A DNA stretch of 64,000 bases from positions 640,001 through 704,000 of the forward strand of contig CAVYNH010000006.1 in the NCBI GenBank assembly GCA_963769885.1, in the 5' to 3' direction. The notes below the pieces were generated by a model, which saw only the letters and a program-made list of their open reading frames with translations, made no database searches and was not told the origin of the DNA. Position numbers and translations under genes: made by a program. The DNA is from Methanobacteriota archaeon. GTDB lineage: Archaea; Thermoplasmatota; E2; DHVEG-1. Shown one piece after another: positions 58,301 through 64,000 of the stretch (positions are counted from its first letter, which is position 1; every line of letters starts with the position of its first letter).

Positions 58301-61300
58301 TCAGATAATTAAATAACCCATCTGATCCTGTGTCATTACCATAATCATCGATAGTTAATGGTTTTATAAGAATTCCTTGGAAATCCGAAAAATGATAGTA
58401 TGATGTATTGAAAATTTTCTGATCTATTACATCATAGTGTTCATCTCTTAAAGTGATGATAGGATGATAGATTCCATTTATTTTATTATCAAAAATATCT
58501 TTTCCTAGGATAGAGAAATTCATTTGATGAATCCCACTCGTAAGATATTTAATTATTCTTAGGGACGGTTTCAGTGAAGAATATTCTGGAAAGATACATC
58601 TGGTTCTATTCAGGGTTAATGTCGTTTCTATAACATAATATCCTGGGGTTGAGATATTTACTTTGAATTCATAAATCAGATAATTATATAAGCTATTGTT
58701 ATCATTATCAACACCGTAATCCAGAAAGTAATTAGTTATCTGAGTCCCATTACTCGTGAGAGGTTTAACTCTTGAATCTTTCTCTATACTATTGTTTTCG
58801 ATTGGTGGTGGTGTGTGGCTTTCGTATTTGAATTTTCCCCATTTCCCGAAATGTGCAAAATCTAGCTCTGAGGTGATTTTTCTTTGATTCCCACTAGTCC
58901 CAGAATAGGCTATATCATATCCTAAAATATTATAAGTATCTTTTATTCCATCCCCATCTGTATCTATAAATTCTCCCTTCCACATCTCCCAATATGCTCT
59001 GCTGTCCACGTTAATCCAAGGATCTGTAACAGAAAATCCTTGCGTCACTCGAAAAGTAGGATCATAACCTTTTCCGTTGTAGATACCATAGACATGGTCA
59101 TGGAAATCCCATCGATCTTTATTCATCCAAGTCGTTTGATAAGCGTTTCCACTATCTCCATCGAGCGCAATACAAGGAGTTTTTGTTAAAAATGCTGCAT
59201 CCATTTCTTGATTCGTTATGGTTACTTCCGGATCTTCATCATTATCAAGGTTAAGATAACAATTACTTGACAATTTATTGTATAAATCTTGTTCTCCAAC
59301 ATCAATTCCCAATGTAGCTGCTAAAAACTGTAAAACTTCATGAAATGCGCCACAGCTTCCCTCCTCATTTACAGAATTACTAGGATTGCTAATGTACCGA
59401 GTAATTAAATTATGGGCTGTGTACTCATTGGTAGAGCCGGCTTGGTATCTCCACCGAGGCGTATTAGTAATTTTTTCTGTGATCGTTTTGACAATCACAT
59501 TATCATCAGAGAGTCCATTTGCCCATCGTGTAGCTAAGTCAATATATGCGGGTCGAACTAAATTAGATTTTACCCCCATATAATGATAAATTGCGCCTTC
59601 CTTTACATACCAACCTTTCGCAGTAGGTGCTGCAAAAGTCACGTACACATAGGGAGTAAATGTTTTTGACCATTTGACTTGATTGTTATTGTCCTTGATT
59701 TTAAAAGTAATTGAGAGTGTGTAATTTCCAACGTTATTTGGTGTTGTGATAGCAGTAGTTGTTCCACTATAGCCATCAAAGTTTCCGGAACCTGATTTGC
59801 CGTTAAGACTCCATGTGTATTCAACCTTTGGCGTCCAGGTAGGATTATAATTCTTATCGACTGTTGCTTTTATTTGGAAAGTAGTTCCCTTCACATCTGC
59901 GATATGGCTATTTCTTGTTGGGGTTGTCGCTCCAAGGTTCTGTTGCCAAAAAATATCTCCATCATCGTTTTCGCCATTATTGTTATGGTCGTACTGAACA
60001 TCTTCTAGAGATTCTAGTTTCGTTACGCAAATCAATGGAGGTTGCGTGGATCCAGTAATTTGTGTACTCCCCGCTGAATAGTAGGTGCTGTCGCTGTCGT
60101 AAGCCCATGCTCGAAAATAATAGGTGGTGCCTATGGTAAGACCTGTAACCGTTGTTGCTGAACCAGTGTCGAAATACGCTTGATCTCCTTGTGATGGAGA
60201 ACTGGGATATCCGGTGGTACTGCGCCGAATCATTGTTTTATCGCCATTGGTTCCTTTCGTCCATGAGAGTGAAATCGAGGTAGTTGTTGTTGTTGTCACT
60301 TGGAGGGCTGAGGGATCACCTGGGAGTGTATACTCTGAATCTTGAGCATACCCAGTTGAATACAAGCCTGTACCGCTGTTATATGCCCATGCGCGGTAGT
60401 AATAAATTTGACCTGGGGTTATACCTGTGTTTGTTGTAGAAGTACCTGTTCCATAGTATGCTTGATCTCCATTGGTGTAGGAGGTAGGCCATGTGTCTGT
60501 TCTTCTTCGAATCATTGTATAATCACTACTAGAGCCTCTTGTCCAGGTTAGATAAATTGAGCTAGATGTCGGATTTTGAGCATTCAAATTTGAGGGATCA
60601 CCCGGGGGTGAAGGACCTGATGGATCGGTTCTTCCAGATATCTGGGAGCTTCCTGTCGAGTAATAGGTGCTATCGCTGTCGTACGCCCATGCACTGAAAT
60701 AATAGAGAGTATCTGAACTCAGACCGGTTACTGTAGTTGATGAACCTGTATCAAAATACGCCTGGGTTCCTGATGAGGGGGAGCTGGGATACCCGGTGGT
60801 GCTTCGGCGGATCATTGTCTTATCACCACCAGTTCCTTTTGTCCATGCTAGAGAAATAGAACTTGATGTATGGCCTGTTACATGGAGATTTGAAGGATCA
60901 CCAGGTAATGTGTAAAAGGTTTTATCACTTCCATAGCTGGTCCCCGCACTATTTGATGCAGCAGCTCGAAAATGATAGAGTGTACCTGGAGTGAGGCTAC
61001 TAATACTTGCGGAAAATGCTCCTGTAGACGTTTTTGGTTGATGGGCGGTCTCAGAACCGTAACTCGTTGTCAAACCATATTGAAACCAGACGTCACAAGA
61101 ACTCGCACCGCCCATAGAATCCAGGTTACCATTTAGAGTTGCAGATGTACTTAAAAGGCTTGATGCATCGTTTGTCGTAACTGTTGGTGGGGAAAGTGTT
61201 GTATACACTATATTAAGTTTTGGTCGATAATTTCCTCCTTTTTCAGCCGAATAAACGCAAATATATTCTGGAGTATCTAAAGGATCTTGATCTGGAGGTG

Positions 61301-61923
61301 GAGTACCCTGAGATATCTTTACTGGATCTTAAACAAAGTTTAGTATAACTAGTTTTATTGATCCAACTCAAGGCAGAGGAGACAAAATTAATGTTATTAT
61401 AACTGCCAACTACAAAATTCAATGTGTTAATACTTCCGCCGTTACCTAAATAATGATCCTTAAAATAATCCCCAGTCTCGAGAATAAGATGAGGATACGT
61501 GGGCTGTCCATTTTGTATGACAATATCAAAATTAAATGTGGATGCATCCACACTACCATACATACTTAAGGTTGCGGACGTAATGACGGCAGAATCAGGA
61601 ATAGTTGACGTATCAAAGTAAAGATAGCCTCTATGGATTACATATTGGGGAGGTCCCATATAATAATTATATTGGCCAATTTGAATGAAATCATCTGAAG
61701 TTAAAACAGCATTTCCAGTTTGAGCACTCCAAGCTTCTGGATAAGTTGAATAACCATACTTATAAATTCTTCCGTCATAAGTAGAACTATAAACAGTAAT
61801 ATCTGTTAATTGAGGACCTTTTGATAAAGGGGATGCAAAGACCCTGCATATATTAAAATTACTCATTGATAATATTATTATTACTAAAAATAAAATTAAT
61901 TCCTTCCTCCATTTCGTTTTCAT
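55335..61923 (-). CDS. Giant (~2195 aa) secreted multidomain protein: FN3, transglutaminase-like, PKD (apparent frameshift at 61306-61308)
   Basis: Signal peptide; YLYFDTS.IP..A.ITSATL domain; FN3 repeats; GSCG...H..HVY...YDPT; DYG.D...D..Y.YL repeats; W.FGDG PKD; GGDPD..D.VTYDV repeats; removing one base joins 61243-61923 to 55335-61208. Confidence 0.82.
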
Positions 61924-61925
61924 TT

Positions 61926-62945
61926 TTATAACCTCCCGACCAATTCATTTTTCTCTCCAAAATTTTTAAATAAATTCGATAAAATAACAGAATTAAAAAA
62001 ACCAAAAATAAAAATTGGATTATTATCAATAATAACGCCTATATATTTTCTGACAATGACGATCTCCGTGTCTTTTGGAGGGAAAGTTAGTCTCATTGGA
62101 AAATGTAAATATGCAATTTTAACTACGCGAAAATAAATATAATCACCTACGGGGCGTAAATCGGAAATCGAACCAACAATTATCGATTCCTCCAGATACT
62201 GACGAATCTCAAAGATATGAATGATAAATGAAACATTCTCCGACATAGCCCCATAAATATCTCGGGCAGCGATGTTAACCGTGTAATTTCCTTCTGCACT
62301 CCAATTATGACTTAGGATCGTTAAGGCTCCTGAGGTAAAAGGGCCGTATTCCATGATAGTACCATCGCCCCAATTCACAGAATAATTCAGCTCATCATTC
62401 TCTGGATCAACAGATGATATAGTCAAATTATATTGATACCCAGGTAACCACCACGTCGGATTGATTCCCGTTGGTGTCCCAGGCGGCATGTTTTGTGTTT
62501 TTTCTGTCGTGAAGTTCCACAACGGCCCGACAGTTGAAGCACTTTGGTTGTCCCAAGCGACAATCTGCCAATAATAAAGAGCATTATAGGCGAGGGATCC
62601 AGGATCATATGTGGTTTCTGTCTGGTTCTCCGAAATCTTTGGCGGTGGAGCAGTGATCCCAAAGTACACGTCGTAGGTCACGGGGTCGCCATCAGGGTCA
62701 CCACCAGTCCAGTTCAGAAATGTGGGAATGCTGACATTAACTGCGCCATTGGACGGATTGGGATTGCTGGGAATGTTCGGTGGATGATTCACCCTCTGAA
62801 TGCTTTTCCCGTAAACGAAAAATGTTCCAACGCCGCTCGATGTAGTTCCTAAGAGAAAAAGAATTGCCCCGACTCCAAGGAGCTGTAGTTTCCGGTTTTT
62901 GAACCTGCTTTGGAAAAATAAGGTCTTGTTCCTTTCCCTTCTCAT
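61926..62945 (-). CDS. Surface protein with FN3-like and PKD domains
   Basis: GGDPDGDPVTYDVYFG, VNWGDG; mirrors the C-terminal architecture of the giant neighbour. Confidence 0.8.
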   Translation of the reverse strand: MRRERNKTLFFQSRFKNRKLQLLGVGAILFLLGTTSSGVGTFFVYGKSIQRVNHPPNIPSNPNPSNGAVNVSIPTFLNWTGGDPDGDPVTYDVYFGITAPPPKISENQTETTYDPGSLAYNALYYWQIVAWDNQSASTVGPLWNFTTEKTQNMPPGTPTGINPTWWLPGYQYNLTISSVDPENDELNYSVNWGDGTIMEYGPFTSGALTILSHNWSAEGNYTVNIAARDIYGAMSENVSFIIHIFEIRQYLEESIIVGSISDLRPVGDYIYFRVVKIAYLHFPMRLTFPPKDTEIVIVRKYIGVIIDNNPIFIFGFFNSVILSNLFKNFGEKNELVGRL

Positions 62946-62996
62946 CTCTGTCGCCTCTTGAATCTGTTTTCTTATTTGAGCAGTTGGTGACTCGAT

Positions 62997-63596
62997 TTAG
63001 AGGGAGCGTTTGATGATGCGGGGTTCGTCTTTACTAACGGCGATGAAGCCTCCCCCGATGCCAGCAATGCGTGGCCTCATATTCGCGGAGTATCCGAAAC
63101 AGCTCTTGATGAGCACCCCATGGGTTCCATTCACGACCGTCATGTTGATGAGGTCATCTGGTTTAGTAACAATGGTATATCCGTTCATCCGATAAGTGAA
63201 AATCCCAAGGATAATCCCGCGGGGACAAAGGAAAATACGTGGCAACTTCGGCGGAAACAGGAACTGAAGGCCGACGATTCCGACAGAGACCGTTAGCCAC
63301 TGCTCGGTATCATTTTGTAAGAACTGAGAGAGGAATTTCCGGAGCTCTCCATCCTTCTGCAAGAGATCCGTATACGTTTTTCGTATAGCCTCCGTTGAAG
63401 GACTCTCCAGACCGGGACCAAGTCGTCGTGCAGCCACAGGCGTCTGGAAACTGGGTAGAACAGAGGCGATAAATATTAAGAAGAGCGCTGCTAAACAGAT
63501 ACCTTTTCCTCGCAAGGTGTTATGCATGATGCCTTTCTCCCCGCAGTAAATGCATTTAATAGAAACATTTAAAGGTTTTGAAAAGGCTTGTTTCAC
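62997..63596 (-). CDS. Hypothetical secreted/membrane protein
   Basis: Open 199-codon frame with a hydrophobic segment; true start probably downstream (MHNTLRG). Confidence 0.6.
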   Translation of the reverse strand: MKQAFSKPLNVSIKCIYCGEKGIMHNTLRGKGICLAALFLIFIASVLPSFQTPVAARRLGPGLESPSTEAIRKTYTDLLQKDGELRKFLSQFLQNDTEQWLTVSVGIVGLQFLFPPKLPRIFLCPRGIILGIFTYRMNGYTIVTKPDDLINMTVVNGTHGVLIKSCFGYSANMRPRIAGIGGGFIAVSKDEPRIIKRSL

Positions 63597-64000
63597 AACA
63601 AAATAATCAAAAAAATTCTTGAGGATTCATCATTATCGATTTTTTCAATAATGATTGTACATTATCCTGAGTTAAATTCGCCTAGCTAAAAGCGCTCAAA
63701 TTTCCTTTGAAAAATAAAAAAGATGAAAAAATTTAAGGGGCGATAACCAAATTAGAAAACGAAATCGTGTCTGAGCCTCCCTTATCTACCATCAGCCCTT
63801 TACCACAACACTGAAATAAACGGCAGCGACAACCGACATTCCCGACCACCCGGAGAGATGAAAAGGAAAACGCTTAATATCTAACAGCCGTTTGCCGGTC
63901 TCGACGAGACCACACCCACACCACACCCGCTCGCCGACACCGTTCAACCAACTCACACTCACTGAAGGGGGGGCACAGTCAACCATGAATCACCCGACTC

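Noticed and set aside
1-64000. tRNA/rRNA genes and IS transposases
   Set aside because: None recognised by eye; tRNAscan-SE and ISEScan would be needed to exclude them

Overview
Archaeal DNA, most likely Thermoplasmatota (inferred from the rrp42-rpl37ae-rpoP-pcc1 operon, hdrCBA, GTP-type PEPCK and ten secreted NosD/CASH beta-helix paralogues of the 'YVGGSGPxNY'/'YVDDDN' type). GC-rich flanks carry housekeeping, metabolic and surface-protein genes. The main observation is a lower-GC island at about 22.1-44.0 kb, centred on a XerC/D-like tyrosine recombinase (36524-37504) with no obvious integron-integrase insertion. On both sides of it, almost every gene or small operon is delimited by a ~30-bp dyad-symmetric site (approx. 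GTAYC-N4-A | 10-nt core | TAGR-N-GAAW). Left of the recombinase the sites lie on the + strand with core NGGTCA; right of it they lie on the - strand with core NTGGAATT or GYAGTATY. The cargo is toxin-antitoxin pairs, Fic, transglutaminase-like and aspartyl proteases, lipoproteins and NosD proteins, in both orientations. This looks like a two-armed, integron-like gene-cassette system using double-stranded core-type sites instead of attC hairpins. An AbrB-like gene appears split across the left array, and a 4xHTH + Swt1-HEPN operon sits beside the recombinase. Five single-base frameshifts are probably sequencing errors. All alignments were made by eye and no database searches were run.
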